Below, piece by piece: positions 36,285 through 50,199 of a stretch of DNA of 64,000 nt (the first letter of the stretch is position 1; every line of letters starts with the position of its first letter). Position numbers and translations under genes: made by a program. The DNA comes from Mytilus californianus (taxonomy: Eukaryota): contig NW_026262690.1 of NCBI RefSeq assembly GCF_021869535.1, positions 43,090,001-43,154,000 of the forward strand. The letters run 5' to 3'. The notes beneath the pieces are model-generated. The model did no database searches and was not told where the DNA came from. It saw only the letters and a list, made by a program, of their open reading frames with translations.

Positions 36285-38089
36285 GCTTAGTAACATCAAA
36301 GAGTTCAGTCAAAGGGAAACAACTCATTACAAAACTTTGTATGGAGGGCAGACTTACAATTTTCTTGGTCTAGGCAGGAACATATATATTGACATACTGT
36401 TCCCAGGTCTAGGCTGAGACTACTCTATACAAAACCGGTCTAGGTCATACAAATCTACAGTCTTAGGTCAGAAGAGTTTCACCTATCGTAAATTCGCCTA
36501 TTTTTTCATATAAAACACATTTTTAATAAATATTCTACCAGTGAAGATTTTCTTGGACAAATGGAATGAATTTTATTTTCATTAATGTCTGCAGTTTCGT
36601 GTAATATATTTATGATTTATAGTTTCAGGGAAATCACTGTTTAAAGAAAAAATGAATTTCTGCAAGAAAAAAAATCATTTGGCTATATCGGAAAAAAATA
36701 CAGTAAGTTTCTATATTTGTATAAACTGAATAATGATTTCTCAGTAATGACAAGTCATAAAAATATTTCATAATAACCATAACAAACTGTACACATTTAT
36801 GAGTTTAACATTCAAAATTTCATCAAAATTGGGCCTCAAATAAGGTTTTGACAATGTTTTTAAAAATGTGATACCAAAATGATTATATCACCATAGTCCT
36901 GGACTTTTTGATAAAGTTTGGTGGATTGTTATTTCGCCGGACCAACTAATTGAGCACCTCTACATACTGGTCGACTGGTTTTTGTATTCATATGAAGCAT
37001 ATTTCATACACTATCTACTCAAAGACAAAAGAAGAGAAAATCCTGAAAATTTCTTTTATTTCACTTTCAGATCAATGATATATTTTCATTGATGAATGAT
37101 TTATAATGATTAATGATTAATGGTTGATGATCAATAATTAATGATTTATGATACCTGTACCCACTCAATAACCGTAGACCTGCTGACATTTCAGTGAGTG
37201 TTTGTCTTCTTTAGATGCTCTGTCAAAATGGGTTAAGGCTGTGAGGTAATTGCTACAAATTACTAACTAAAAAACTGAATAGGTATACGAATATTCATAT
37301 TTCATTGATCTTAAAGACCCAAAGTTGCTATAAGCTGTAGCACATGTCCTATCTCCTTGACAAATATGCTATTGTCCTGCAGATAAAGCCCAAAACAATA
37401 TCGTGTTTGCGTGTAAATCACATAACATATTCTGCTTGATAAATTGATTTATCAGGTATAAATAATTCACTCAGATGTCGATTCTGAAAAAAAATCTTTG
37501 CTAAGATATGCTGGAGCACATACAACGAGAGTCTCTTTCCTGCTGCAATTATATTAAAAAAAAACACTTTTCTACCCTTTACACAACTATTACCCCTTTC
37601 AAACTTAAAGACAGATTAAAAGAATTGGTCCAACTTTGTTTCATAAAATCGGATGGTCAACATAGACCTTGTTTTTGGGAGAGATAAATCCTACTTTGTA
37701 ACAATGAAAAAAATATCTCTGAAATTGACATTAGGGACTGGTCATTTGTTACACGAAGAGGGAGTGGGAGAAAAATAAGGGGGCCTTAAAAAAAAATTTA
37801 GGAATGGAAAGGGGTATCCACAATTTTAATGCTTCAAATGGAGGCGTCGAAATGTTTATACATTTTTACAAGACAGATTTGAGCTATCCTTTATTTCAAA
37901 CATGCAAAAACTATAGCCATTAATTCATTATTAGCTGATTTAATTAATACACTAAATCAGTATCTGATTGACTGATTATTCAGCAGGAGTATATAACACT
38001 TGATCCAGGTGTCATTGCTATACCTGTTTCATGTATGTCAATACCTTTCTCTGTTTGTTTTTTGAACATGAAACCGTTTTCAACTGATT

Positions 38090-38520
38090 TTTACATCGGA
38101 AGACCGTGAGGGCATTCCGGTGTATTGCTGTCGCCTAGATTTCCATTACGTAACTTTCGTGTTGGGATTGTAACCGATATATAAACATGATAAATACGTG
38201 GACATTATCGAGTGCAAAATAACATTCCTTATTGCTTGTTATAAATTCATTTTTTCATTGGATACTCCTAAAAATATTTTTTTTTAGAACATAAATTAAT
38301 AATATGAAAATGTTTTGTCGTTAGAAATATATATATAAGTAAAAAACTTTAATATCTATGCACACGTACAGAAGTACAGAAAATGTGTGTTAACGCATGC
38401 GGAAGAATATCTCAAGGACGTTTGCAATCTCCCATGCAGAGTTATCGGTCCTCGCTCTCTCTCAAGGACCGATAACTCTGCATGGGAGATTGAAAGTTTG
38501 GCGGGAAACTATGAATGCCT
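38090..38520 (-). promoter_or_regulatory. Possible PP5 promoter region
   Basis: Locally CpG-enriched, about 2 kb upstream of the ATG; E2F-like site TTTCCCGCC (plus strand ggcgggaaa, about 38501-38509). TSS not determined. Confidence 0.3.
38425..38492. repeat. Perfect 28-bp inverted repeat with a 12-nt loop
   Basis: caatctcccatgcagagttatcggtcct-cgctctctctca-aggaccgataactctgcatgggagattg. Confidence 0.9.
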
Positions 38521-39898
38521 ACTCAAATCCAATCTATTAGAACAATCGAATTATTACAGAAGAGTGTCCACCATGCACTTGCACTGCCCTATTATTAATA
38601 TAAAGAATAGAATGATATGCAAATGGATGTAAATTATGTATACATGTAACTGTAATATACAAATATTAATATACACGTAATAGATAACAACAAACCACTG
38701 AGAGTATACTGATTTGTATCACTTCAATATCAATATCCATATCAATGTCGAAGAAAAAAAAAATATATCAGTACATTAACCTCATTATCAGGTATAGAGA
38801 TGTGACTTTTTCTGAGACAAGTGCTTGTGACCATCCACAAGAACTTGCAATCATCCGGTGTTCAGTAATTCAGTACTTTGATTATAGTTTGTTCTTATAT
38901 CGTACTGTTAGTTTACACCACTGTCCCAGGTTAGGGGAGGGTTGGCGCCTTCAATCATGTTTAACCCCGACACATTCTTTGTGTGTTTGTCCAAGTCAGG
39001 AGCCTGTAGTTCAGTGGTTGTTGTTGGTTCATGTCGGTCATATTTGTTTTTCGTAAATTGTTTTCTTATAAATTAGGCCGTTTTTTAGTTTTCTCAATTG
39101 AATTGTTTCGTTCTTTTAATGTGGGGGCCTTTTAAAGCCGACAGTATACGGTATAGTTTTTTCAGGTTTTCATGAAGCTTTTCTAATTACATTGTTTTCC
39201 ATATAAAACACTTATAATTCTAATAGCTGTTTCCTTACATAATTAATCGGAAAACTCATGATTAAATAGAATAGAAAAACAAAGAATATGGGGTATCCAT
39301 CCATGACACAAAATCAGTACATGCACAGAGCACATATTTCAATGGTTCAAGACGATATAGCTAGGAGTCAAGTGTGGTATTTTAATATGTCTTAACGGGA
39401 ATAATTTCCTATATGACTTGGAGTTATGGAGTCAGCCATACCCAACGCTTCTGCTTACAATAAAAAAAGCATGATTTTTTTATTGGCAGGAAAGACGAAA
39501 TTTTTTTTCGCCTCGCTCCGCTAAACTCGATTGTTCAAATAAAAATCCAAATTTTGAACATGTTTTTTCCAGGAAAGTATTTTTATCTGAAGTTAATTAA
39601 CTAAGCTCTTTAGAAAACTGTACTGAAATAGAATGAATGTGTGATAAATGTCAATGACCATAACAGGCATATCTAAATAAAGTTCCCTGTAGTAACAAAC
39701 ATCTTCCCCACTTGAAGCTTTATTTCCACTACTGAAGAACTATTGAACAATAATACATAAAATATAAATTGTATGTTTATTTTTATTATTTTTAAGAACA
39801 GAAGTATTGAACCCAAGGTGGGGACTTGAAAAAAATAAGAGAAATTCAGATATTTCCTCGCATCCTCCAAACGAAAGAAAATGACCAGTCCCTTATCA

Positions 39899-40830
39899 AT
39901 GCTTGATCTATTGATTGACAACATATTTGTTACGTCTTTCCAACAAATTCAATCGACATTCCCATAGGAACTAACTGTGCTTCTCTTCTTATCTACTTGA
40001 TCCCTTATTCATTTGATGCAGACTTCTTATAGGAGCTTCTTATGAAAAATGAAAAGAGGCTAGCATTATTTTTTAACATCACGTTCTGCTATACAGATAA
40101 TGACCAAGTCTCACTTAATAGTTCAACGTTTGTTGACTGTGTTGAACGCATCTATCGCATCGAACTTGATATAAAGGAAACAGCAGCTACAGTTATGCCT
40201 TTGATATCATGAACTACATCTAGAATGAGGGTCGGTTGATAACAACACTTTACGACAAAAGAGATGATTGATTTCAACTTTCCTATTCACGATGATCTTT
40301 CCATTTCTATGTAGCAACATGCCAGCATATGGAATATATATATCTCCTTGTTGATACGACTACGATATTCCAGAGCTTGCGTTTCCTTTCATGATTTCCT
40401 TGTTGAATGTTTCTGCTTACAATGAAGGGTTTAAAGTGGTGAAGTTAAGGTCATCCATTCGAAAATTTTACGGACACCATCACGAGTTGGTTGACCGTTA
40501 TTGAATTTATGTTTCACAGATGAAGACGGATATGATCTTGTTGTCGTAACCACAAACTTGTCCTCTTATCACCGATTTAGACTTATCACCTAATGTTTAC
40601 TTGCATGAGCAACACGGCTGCTGCCACATATGGAGCAGAATCTACCTACCCTTTCGAAGCACCTGATACCCCCAACCGGGTTTTTGGTGGGGTTCGTGTT
40701 TTGTAGACTTTGCAGTCGTTTTTTGTTGACCGGTCTTTGTCTAGAGTGTTCTTTTTTGTCGTGGTGTTGTAAGTTTATCTTCGACTTCTGAGTTTGAACA
40801 TCCCTTTGGTATATATCACCTCTCTTATAT
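39899..40830 (+). mobile_element. Decayed Penelope-like retroelement (RT C-terminal half plus 3' tail)
   Basis: Frameshifted translation gives LIDNIFVT, IPIGTNCA, CYTDN (RYIDD equivalent), LYDKRDD, AYGIYIS and RKFYGHHHELVDRY, typical of Penelope-type RT. Confidence 0.8.
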
Positions 40831-40874
40831 CCCAGTGAACTACTAAAATAAATAAAGTCTACTACTGAAACTAG

Positions 40875-42690
40875 AATTCCGCTTCATATCCTGATCTTTT
40901 CCTCGACAGTGACACCGAGATGGACGACTTCAAACTATAATCTATCACAAACGTGATGAGTTCAACTTTCCAGTTATCAACTCTCCGAATTTCTCAGCAG
41001 TAACAAATCCTCTGTTTTTACGGTCATCATCATGAATTGGTTGAACGATACGATATGTCTGTGGCTCAACTCATTGACGATATGTCTTCGCCGTCTAAGA
41101 TCTTTAGATACCAGAATAGTCGTCTTAACTGTAATTTGACCGAATGTGAGTGACAGTTTGACTGAGTTTGCAGGAGAAGCGTACCCTGCCGAGACACCTG
41201 CAGTGGCGGATCCAGAGGGGGGCGTAGAGGGCGTACGCCCCCCCTTTGCATGAACTTTTTTTTTTTTTTTTTGTAAAATGATTAATCAGACTAGACTTCG
41301 TGAACTTTGCCATTACCCGGCCGTGTATTTAATTTTTATGCGACAATTCTTTACTTATAAAGATATTTTTCGCTCGTATTTACTGTAATATATTATTGAT
41401 TATGTCAAAGTCATGTGATTCGCTACGGTGGAGTTGATCAGTACGTCGAAAAAAACGTCACTCAGTCATTTTGAAATTTAAATTACAGTAACACATTGCT
41501 TTCGGCGGAGGATGACAAGCATGACTCTTTCAAAGCGACAAAGGATTGAACAAGAACCACGTATTGACTTCTATTTCACAATTCCACTCAACAGAAAGTA
41601 ATACTCTATTACACTCTCATGAAAAAAAAGTTCCACAGCAATATTATTTACCTACAAAAATATGTTTAACCCCAGACGCCCCAGCCAATTAATAACATTG
41701 CTGAATAGTGATCCCCAGTCAGTAAGCTCTAGATAGATTTAAAGTCTAAGGTACGGACCATTTGATTTGATAGGGCAGTCTGAGATATTTTAGAGAAAAA
41801 ATTCTGACCCTGATTTTTGCCTTAAACAAAAATTCTGGCCGTATCTGTATTGAAAACAATTCTCGTGTCCCCTTTTTGCTATCAGAAAAAAAATCCAACA
41901 GAATTATTCAGCATTAAATGAACATGGTGAATAAAAAAACGGGCGTACATTTTTTTGGGGGTTTGCATGTAAATCCCATATCTGACCGAAATGTCTGTTT
42001 CGCCGAACTGATATACTGAATACTTTTTTCAAGGCCCAACTGCAACCTGCCTGCTGAGTGTGGCCTGTCTCCATTTGTCGACCGTCATTCACAACTTCGT
42101 TGTCATTTGATTTTCAGACTCATTCGTAGCCTTTGGTTGATTTGGGACCCCTCACTTCCCTTGTTGGGTGAAACATTTCAACCAAACATTTGGATAAAAA
42201 ATGCTTGTTTGTCTTTGTTCGTGTCGGTCGTATTATAAACTTCATTGAATAGCCGCATATCATCATACATGTTTACAAAAAGAAATCTGTGAGGTTATGC
42301 TAACTAACCATACAACAAACGAGAATTTTCCATGTCCATTTTTTACTGACAAATCCCACATCAAATATATTAGTTGTACATAGCTTTGGATCCATTCAGT
42401 CATTTTATAATAGACAATTAATGGGGAGAATGCGGCATCAAAAATGTCCAACCCTAGCTTACACTTTAACTATAAAATATACATGCCCCACGTCAGGAAC
42501 CGTTAAAAATGTGCATTTTACACTTATTTTATGTTTTTTAGCCCCAAAAAAGGTCTAAAAAAAATTTTGCCTCGCTCCGCTCGGCGAACTTTAAATACTA
42601 CGCCCCCCTTTCCAAAATCCTGGATCCGCCCCTGACCTGGTCTCTCTCGTTTTAGAGATCATGCGATTCCCTCAGTTTTTGTTTGTAGTA
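40875..42690 (+). mobile_element. Second internally deleted Penelope-like fragment; its tail is split by a DNA transposon
   Basis: ASYPDLFL, KRDEFNFPVIN and FYGHHHELVERYD pieces, then a tail interrupted at 41200/42635. Confidence 0.65.
41201..42634. mobile_element. Non-autonomous hAT-like element with a 5-bp TSD
   Basis: TIRs cagtggcggatccag and ctggatccgcccctg; ACCTG duplicated at 41196-41200 and 42635-42639. Confidence 0.8.
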
Positions 42691-43255
42691 CTGTTTTAAA
42701 TGTAATTTTACAAGATTATTTTTTTTTAGTTTAGAATTTATTTCCCAAATACGTAGGGTCAGAGACATATAATACATTGTATTATATGTCTCTGGTAGGG
42801 TTTTAGCTATATCATATTATAAGATCTTCTAGATGAGTTTAATGTAATATAATAGTTATTTAATCTACCAGTTCTTTCTTTTGAGATCCGAAGAGAAATG
42901 TTATCCGGAACTGCAGTTTTCTGTAGATTTAGACCAACTAGTAACTTCAGGCAACCCTGGCAACAATCTTAAACAATGTAAAAATCCAAACTTAACTGAA
43001 GCTTGAAGACAAGAGAGCTGGTGACATTCAAATGAAATAATTATGAAACATAAAAAATGTATCTGATAGCGAAGACAATGTCCTCTTGTTGCTGGTGTCG
43101 CTCTTGTTACAACTACGACTGTATAGCCACAAGTCCGTTGACAATCCTATACCCTTACTGACAAAATCAGCCTCCTGCAAATATTTGTTGCAACAAAACG
43201 GCTGCAGACTTGCAGCAAGCTTGAGGAAATGTCCAAGAATAATTTAAAATAGAAT

Positions 43256-43885
43256 ATATATAAAAAAGAAGATGTGGTATGATTGCCAATGAGACAACTC
43301 TCCACAAGAGACCAACTGACACAGAAATTAACAACTATAGGTCACCGTACGGCCTTCAACAATGAGCAAAGCCCATACCGCACAGTCAGCTATAAAAGGC
43401 CCCGAAATAACAATGTAAAACAATTCAAACGAGAAAACTAACGGCCTAATTTATGTACAAAAAATGAAAGAAAAACAAATATGTAACACATAAACAAACG
43501 ACAACCACTGAATTACAGGCTCCTGAATTGGGACAGGCACATACATACAGAATGTGGCGGGGTTAAACATGTTAGCGGGATCCCAACCCTCCCCCTAACC
43601 TGGGACAGTGGTGTAACAGTACAACATAAGAACGAACTATAAAAATCAGTTGAAAGAGGCTTAACTCATCAGATGGATAAAAATACAAATAATACAAATA
43701 CAAGTGGACGTGGCCGGGTACTTGTACATCCAAACAACAAAAAGACACTAAGTACAGATCTGAGAGTACTCGCAGTTACTGACAGCTAGTTCAAAGCCAC
43801 TAACAACTAATAAAAAAACACCATGCATCTAAGACTAAATTATCAATCCGTACACATCCAACATCCAATGGATTTGTGTAAAGTC
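43256..43885 (+). repeat. Same interspersed repeat family, longest copy
   Basis: Begins tatataaaaaagaagatgtggtatg; colinear with the 7013 and 32335 copies. Confidence 0.88.
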
Positions 43886-44188
43886 GTCATGTCGGCTGCA
43901 TGTTTGCTGCAAGTGTGCTTTAAGTCTGCGGCAAACAAGTTTACCATTTAATGAGGATCAGCAGCTGGAAAATGAGTGTTTGTTGTAGATTTGAGACAAA
44001 CAAGTTAGCAAATTAATCTCGCTCCTGTGTTTTTTTTTTTTAAACTTACAGAAATTACAATATACCAACGAAATGTGTGTCTACACATCACCTTATTCAA
44101 ATTACAAACCAAATTCTGAAAAAAAGGTTTAGGTCATATACATACAGACATTCAAATACACTTTCTTTTCTAAACCAATCCAAGTATT

Positions 44189-44430
44189 AGGGAGCTACCA
44201 TTTGATGATGAAATTTTGAAAAAAAAAGACAGGACAGGAGTTTTTGAGTAAAAAAAAGACAGGATGAGCAACTTTGCACAAAAAAAAGGCAGGATGACAA
44301 TTTATGTAAAAAAAGTCAGGAAAAACTTATAAAAAAAAATGCAGAACCGAATAGAGTGAAAAATAAAAAAGTAGGACAGAGATTACAACCAAATAAATTC
44401 AGGACAAAATTTTTCATCCTAGCCCCCACC
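44189..44430 (+). mobile_element. Truncated MITE (agggagctaccatttga end, caggat internal repeats)
   Basis: One recognisable terminus plus internal repeats; the other terminus is absent. Confidence 0.45.
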
Positions 44431-45179
44431 CAATTTGTTGGATAACAAGCTGCAATCTATAGTTGCAAACATCATTTCTTATGTTCTAATTTCTTCTGAA
44501 ACCTTACTGCGAACAAAGTTGGTTCTGCAAACTTGTCGCATGCTTACAGCATAAATCTGCATTGTTCACTGGAAGGTTGCAGCTATCTTCTAACATCAGC
44601 AAGCATTATGTTCAGGCTTCCTGCAGGGCTGCTGCAGATGTGTTGAAAACATTTCAGTTTTGTAAGGGTACGTCATTGCAATTTTAAAATGTTGCCTACG
44701 ATGTTGAAAGGGTTCCCACACTGTTCCCATTTGTCGCATGCTTACAGCATAAATCTTCAATGTTTACCGGAAGGTTGCAGCTATCTTCTAACATCAGCAA
44801 GCACTTATAGCCGACTATACGGTGTGGGTTTTTCTCATTGTTGAAGGCCGTACGGTTGCCTATAATTGGCATTTGCTTACATCCACTTCATTTGAACTTT
44901 GGTGGATAGTTGTCTCATTGGCAATCATACCACATCTCCTTATTTTTATATTATGTTCAGGCTTCCTGCAGGTCTGCTGCAGATGTGTTGAAAACATTTC
45001 AGTTCTGTAAGGGTACATCATTGTGATTATAAAATGCTGCCTACGATGATGAAAGGGTTCCCATAAGAGATTCTCTAGCATCGACTTCACTCTGATAGTG
45101 GTCTTACATGTATCGTCTCCATAAACAAAACGAAAAACTCTTTTCTGCACCATCTATATTTGGTAGAATAATATGCCCT

Positions 45180-45517
45180 AAGGACCTTTGGCATCATGGG
45201 AGTTCCACAGTATAAAGAAGTGTCTTACTAATGTATTGAAGCAATTCTCCTTGATCTTTTTTGGGCATGTACTGAAGTAAAGTTTAACCCTACATACTAA
45301 GCTGTTATGACCTTAGCTAGGGAAGTCGATGAGTTTTGTGTGTAGCATATGTTGGTTATAGTCATACGCACTTGTCAGGTTTGAATAACATGAGGCAGTT
45401 GTTCTTCCATTTTTACAGTCATTGGTCCTCTAGACTTTCCGGTACAGTCTAGACAGTGTCTGCAAACAATCTCATCTTTGACAGATCGTTGGTGCCGAGG
45501 AGAAAAAGGAGGGTTCT
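45180..45517 (-). mobile_element. Decayed non-LTR retrotransposon RT fragment (L2/CR1-like)
   Basis: Minus-strand pieces LLFLLGTNDL-SKMRLFAD, WKNNCLMLFKPDKC and CFNTLVR resemble the RT core and thumb motifs. Confidence 0.65.
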
Positions 45518-46159
45518 AAAACTTTGATACTGTTTTATTTGCTGTTGTTTTGTTTGTGTCTGTTTTTTATTGTCTTTTATATCTGTGTTATTGAGGTCAG
45601 TGCTTTTCCTAAACTAATTTTTCTGTACTGTCTTCAATGTACTATTTGTTATTCTCCTAATCTGAATATCAAAAGGGGTGAGATGGCAAATAGCTAATTT
45701 AAACCTGCCAAATGTTCACGGGCCTGTCCCTAGTCTGAAACCTCATCAGTGGTAGACTAATTTTTAATTATTTACTAAATGTGTTAATGTGTGAACATTT
45801 ACCTCTTGGTGTTTTTTGTTTGTTTTTACAATGTCATTCGGCTGTTGTCTAATTTATTTAAATACCAATTATGTCCTTTTATTCACTAATTTTCCTGTTG
45901 ACATGACTTTAAATGTATTCATAATCTCAACAAAAACAATATTTTCTTGTTTTCTTGTTTACCTAATGGAATACCAACTTAATTCATAACTAACAATAAT
46001 TCTGTTAAAGAAGTTGGAGAAAATGCATTCTATCTCAAAATAAGATGTAGTATCATTGCCAGTGAGCATCTATCCAACAACAATCAAATGACAAGGATGT
46101 AAACAACTACAGGTCACTTTACAGCCTTCAACAATGAGCAAAACCCATGACAAAGATGT

Positions 46160-46335
46160 GATTGATTGATTGGTGTTTAATGCCACTTTCAGCAATATTG
46201 CACTTTTTCTTGGTGGTCAGTTTTTATTGGTGGAGGAAGCCAGAGTGCACAGAGAGAACCTCCAACCTTCAGTAGGAAAAAAGACATACCTAGTCAATTA
46301 AGATTGGAGTCAAATGCACCTGCCACATGCTGGAT
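46160..46335 (-). mobile_element. tRNA-derived SINE (V-domain-like)
   Basis: Minus strand reads ggttctctctgtgcactctggcttcctccaccaataaaaactgacc...aaagtggcattaaacacc followed by a (caat)n tail. Confidence 0.6.
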
Positions 46336-46389
46336 TAGATAAAAATGTATAAATGTGCCTGGGGTAACAAAATGTGAAGCAATTCAACA

Positions 46390-47343
46390 GAGACAAGCTT
46401 TCTGAGAGTATTGCATGGCAATACATAGTAACCTACCGGTTAAAAATTCATTATACTGGAACAAAATGCTAACTTGTTCTATAACTTGTCAGGGTGTAAA
46501 CAAAAAGTAAATATCATGGTAATATCTTCAAGCATGACAAAAACAGTGTGGCAAACTGATTACATGAGTGAATTTTTCATGTCCAAGGACCATAACTCTG
46601 CACAAAATTATTAGACCGAAACAAAAATTTGAACTTGATCTGTAACTTGTCATGATAAAACTATATACCAATTATCAATCAATATCTTATAAGCATGATG
46701 AAAAAAACATTAGATATGATTAATAGTTCTCTAAAATTAGATATGATGTAATACAGTGTATATCTATTTTCAAATTATAATCAAATATAATTAATAGTTC
46801 CAAATATTTTTTCTTTCATTTGTCACAAACTAATATAGATTTGTAACTTATCTATAAAATATCAACAACTTTTATCTACACATTGTAATGGATTGAAATA
46901 TATACATTAATAAAAAATAGATTATTATCTAATTAAAGGATTTCTCTTCATAATTTTGTTTTATATATATAGCATTCAGAAAATTAGTTTATACTAAATA
47001 ACAAACAAACCTGCCAAAAAATTCTTCAAATAATTTAACAAAGAATGTCTTCTAAAAAATGTGTTATCTCCCTTTGTACAGAAATATGGTTTAACATAGT
47101 ACTCTAACATTAGATACGGTCCATAACTCTGGACTAAATCATCAGACCGGAACAAAATTCGAACTTGATCTATAACTTGTCATGATATAACTACATACCA
47201 AATATCAAATCAATATCTTCAAGAACGAAGAAAAAAAGTGTGGAAAGCTGATTTGCCGGACTGACAGACGGACGGACAGACAGACAGACGGACAGAGTGC
47301 AAACCTAAAGTCCCCTTCGACTCCGTCAGTAGGGGACTAAAAA
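46390..47343 (-). mobile_element. HINE-like element, family D (agtcccct...aggggact, (gtct)/(gtcc) microsatellite)
   Basis: T-run, subTIR with inverted repeat, microsatellite and a duplicated internal unit (gaacttgatct...atatctt). Confidence 0.65.
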
Positions 47344-50199
47344 CCAACAACCTGATTTAAGATAAAATTATACATGTATCAATCAAAGTGCTTGACTAAA
47401 TGGTTAAGATTGCTTTCATCTGCAATGTGGAATTAAAATTAAACATTGAATTGAATTTACCAATGGAAAACATTTAGGTAATATTTTGAATAAGCCTTAT
47501 CTTCCTTTGTTCATAATTGTAGTTGACCTTTAACCTATTTTAATAACAGATAGATTCATACACCATGCACAACTTATGTAATTTTTAATAATTTTCTTCT
47601 GCACATACACATCATTTTGTTACTTGAATACCTGAGTATATGTTATTAATGAATTCTTTGACACTGGCATGGATATGATCCACAGAATGTTCACCTCACT
47701 GCACTATATTGTTTGGACTCTCAAAGGGTGAAATGAGGCTTAGAAGATATATCTATCAAGCCAGTACCAACAGGGTATTTGATGCAATCTTTACCCCCAA
47801 AAATTTATGGCAGGTAATAATGAACTGCAACTACTGGTTACCTGTCTATTTTCTATTTGAAATACCTTTTAAATATTTTCAGTCTTTTTGTCATCTCCAC
47901 AAAACCTAGTGTGTTTTATAATAATCAAATCCTAATTGACTTAAGATTTGCAAGTTGTCATGCTGAAAGGTTGATGGTTCTATCCAGGATCACCAGCTTC
48001 ACCCACTTACAAAAACTGGCCACAATTATGTAACCAACAAACAAACAATCATAAAACCTAGTTACTCACTATATATACCAATAATTATGTCAATATCATT
48101 AAACAAATTACATTAGATTTCTGAATACATGCTTTCATTATTTCCTTGGATTTCAATTAGTTTTTATCTGGCCCATATTGCATAGTCTTCTGCAAAGGAA
48201 GATAAACTGTTGAAACAGACATGTCTCACCTTTATGTAATTTTGATAGTATAATGCAATTGTTGAATTTAAAATGGCAAAACTTGAACATGTAAACTATG
48301 AAAAACATTTAAAGTCAATCATGACTGAAGGTGCAGGTCCAAATAACCTGCATGGAATTGAGAAATGCCAATGCTAATACAACTGCACACCAAATACCAT
48401 TCAATTATCATTAGTGGTTTCCCATAAACTGACCTAATCACAAACTAATACATTGTAGACATGGCTGGAAACAGCACGCTATAATCTCTCTTGCTTCACT
48501 TGGTTAATGCAAGATAAACAAAATCCCAGAAATTAAGCAAAGACAAACATATCAGTGATAATTTATTCTTTATGTTTCAAACAGATTAAAGCAGTTACTG
48601 CAACAAAAAATATGAAAATACATAATAATCTGTCATGAATCAAGGAATGAAAATTTCAACAAAACAAGAACATGAGATGTAGTTTGCAAAATGAATTATT
48701 GTCACCCAAGTACATGTCTATGAAATATTGCATGAAGCCATTTAATTAAACAAATTTGCAGTAAACAAGAATTTATGAAATATAAAAGTACAAGAGAATC
48801 AGTCACATATTTTTCAAATTCATGGATTCTGTTTTGCTTCAATAGAAAACAATTCCTTACTACCTGAATGCTTACACTTTTATTATCAAGAGGTTTATGA
48901 ATTACCCCCCAACAATTTGTATATATTTTTTTATGATAGTAAACACCATCTACAAGCAGAAAAAAAACTATAACAATTTGACCAGCAATACCAAAATGCA
49001 TAAACAACAACTGCATTCATCCTAACAGAAGCCCAACCGTAATACATTTTCATATTTGTCAGAAATTAACTTTAGATAAGATGTTATCAACGGAATCATA
49101 AAGGTGTAATCATATTTAAATTAGAAAACAACAACCAAAACAAGGGGAAAAACTCTTTGAATCAGTAATTTTCTAGAGAAAGAAAAAGATCAAAGCTAAC
49201 TTTTTTATCATTCAAGTATTATTCAGAACAATTACAAAGCACTGACTAATGAGCTGATGCTACCCTCAGGGACTAAAAGCCAGTGCTAGAAAATGAAAAT
49301 ATCACTAAACAAATTTGGTGCAGTTACTTTCATAAACGTTTCTGTTCACAATGCCAAAACAGATATACAGTCCATTTAGGGACAATGTAATATCCAAGGG
49401 CTCATATTAGGATAATTTCCAATAAATATAGAAAAAAAATTTACCTTGTAAAAACCCATTTACATTAACACCTAATTACATTCAATGAAAATAAAATTTA
49501 TATCCATAAAAATAATCACAGCTTGCTGCTAAGTCTGAAAACAAAATACTTATATGTAGAAAATAATTCAGTTTTTTAATTTTGTTGTTCTTAGCAGTGA
49601 AATTTCTTGAAAATAAAGGAATCGCAAGAATATTCTCATAACTTTTCCTAAAAAAAAATGACTGTCCAGTGTTCTCCCCAGGAATTTTGGATAGCATCAC
49701 ATTTGGCGTAAAAAAAAATTTATATTTATTTTTCAATGTCATTTGTTGCGTCGCAGCGATGCTCTCTTTCTTTTAAGTTATGTTGATTTTTTTCAATTCA
49801 TAACTGAGAATACAATTAAAGTATAACTGTTCTTTTAGTTTATTTCTTTAATATTCATTTATAGTTACAGAATTATATTTTTCTTGTTAGAAACTACCAA
49901 CTAAAAATCTAGTACAAAAGAGAACTTCTTTTATATCAAAAAGGAAAAGAAAGTATCATATAGTCATACCATTTCAATTAAAAACTATTCTGTTTATCAT
50001 GTTTATGAAATTCATTATTTCCTGGGACTCAATGTATCAGTCCCAGTTGTTTCAAACAGATATATGTTTTTAACATTGTTAAACTACTTTAATCAGTAAA
50101 TTAATTGAAACAATGTGTTTACAGAGAAATAAATACATTTTGCAAGGAGATCTAACAAATAGTCTGTATATTCGTGTGGAATGAGTAGCTTTCCCTATT

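Noticed and set aside
36148-36417. Plus-strand ORFs at 36148, 17776 and 58573
   Set aside because: Antisense shadows of real exons.
43060-43250. Possible Harbinger-like transposase N-terminus (SDSEDNVLLLLVSLL)
   Set aside because: Too short and low in complexity, with no catalytic motifs or paired TIRs found.
43666-43672. CTGATGA (minus strand) in the abundant repeat, also near 32737
   Set aside because: No stem II followed by GAAA and no NUH, so it is not a hammerhead.
47630-47910. Exon-like segment, including ORF 47709..47909
   Set aside because: All three minus-strand frames have stops and the plus-strand ORF has no recognisable motif; kept only as part of the orphan-promoter finding.
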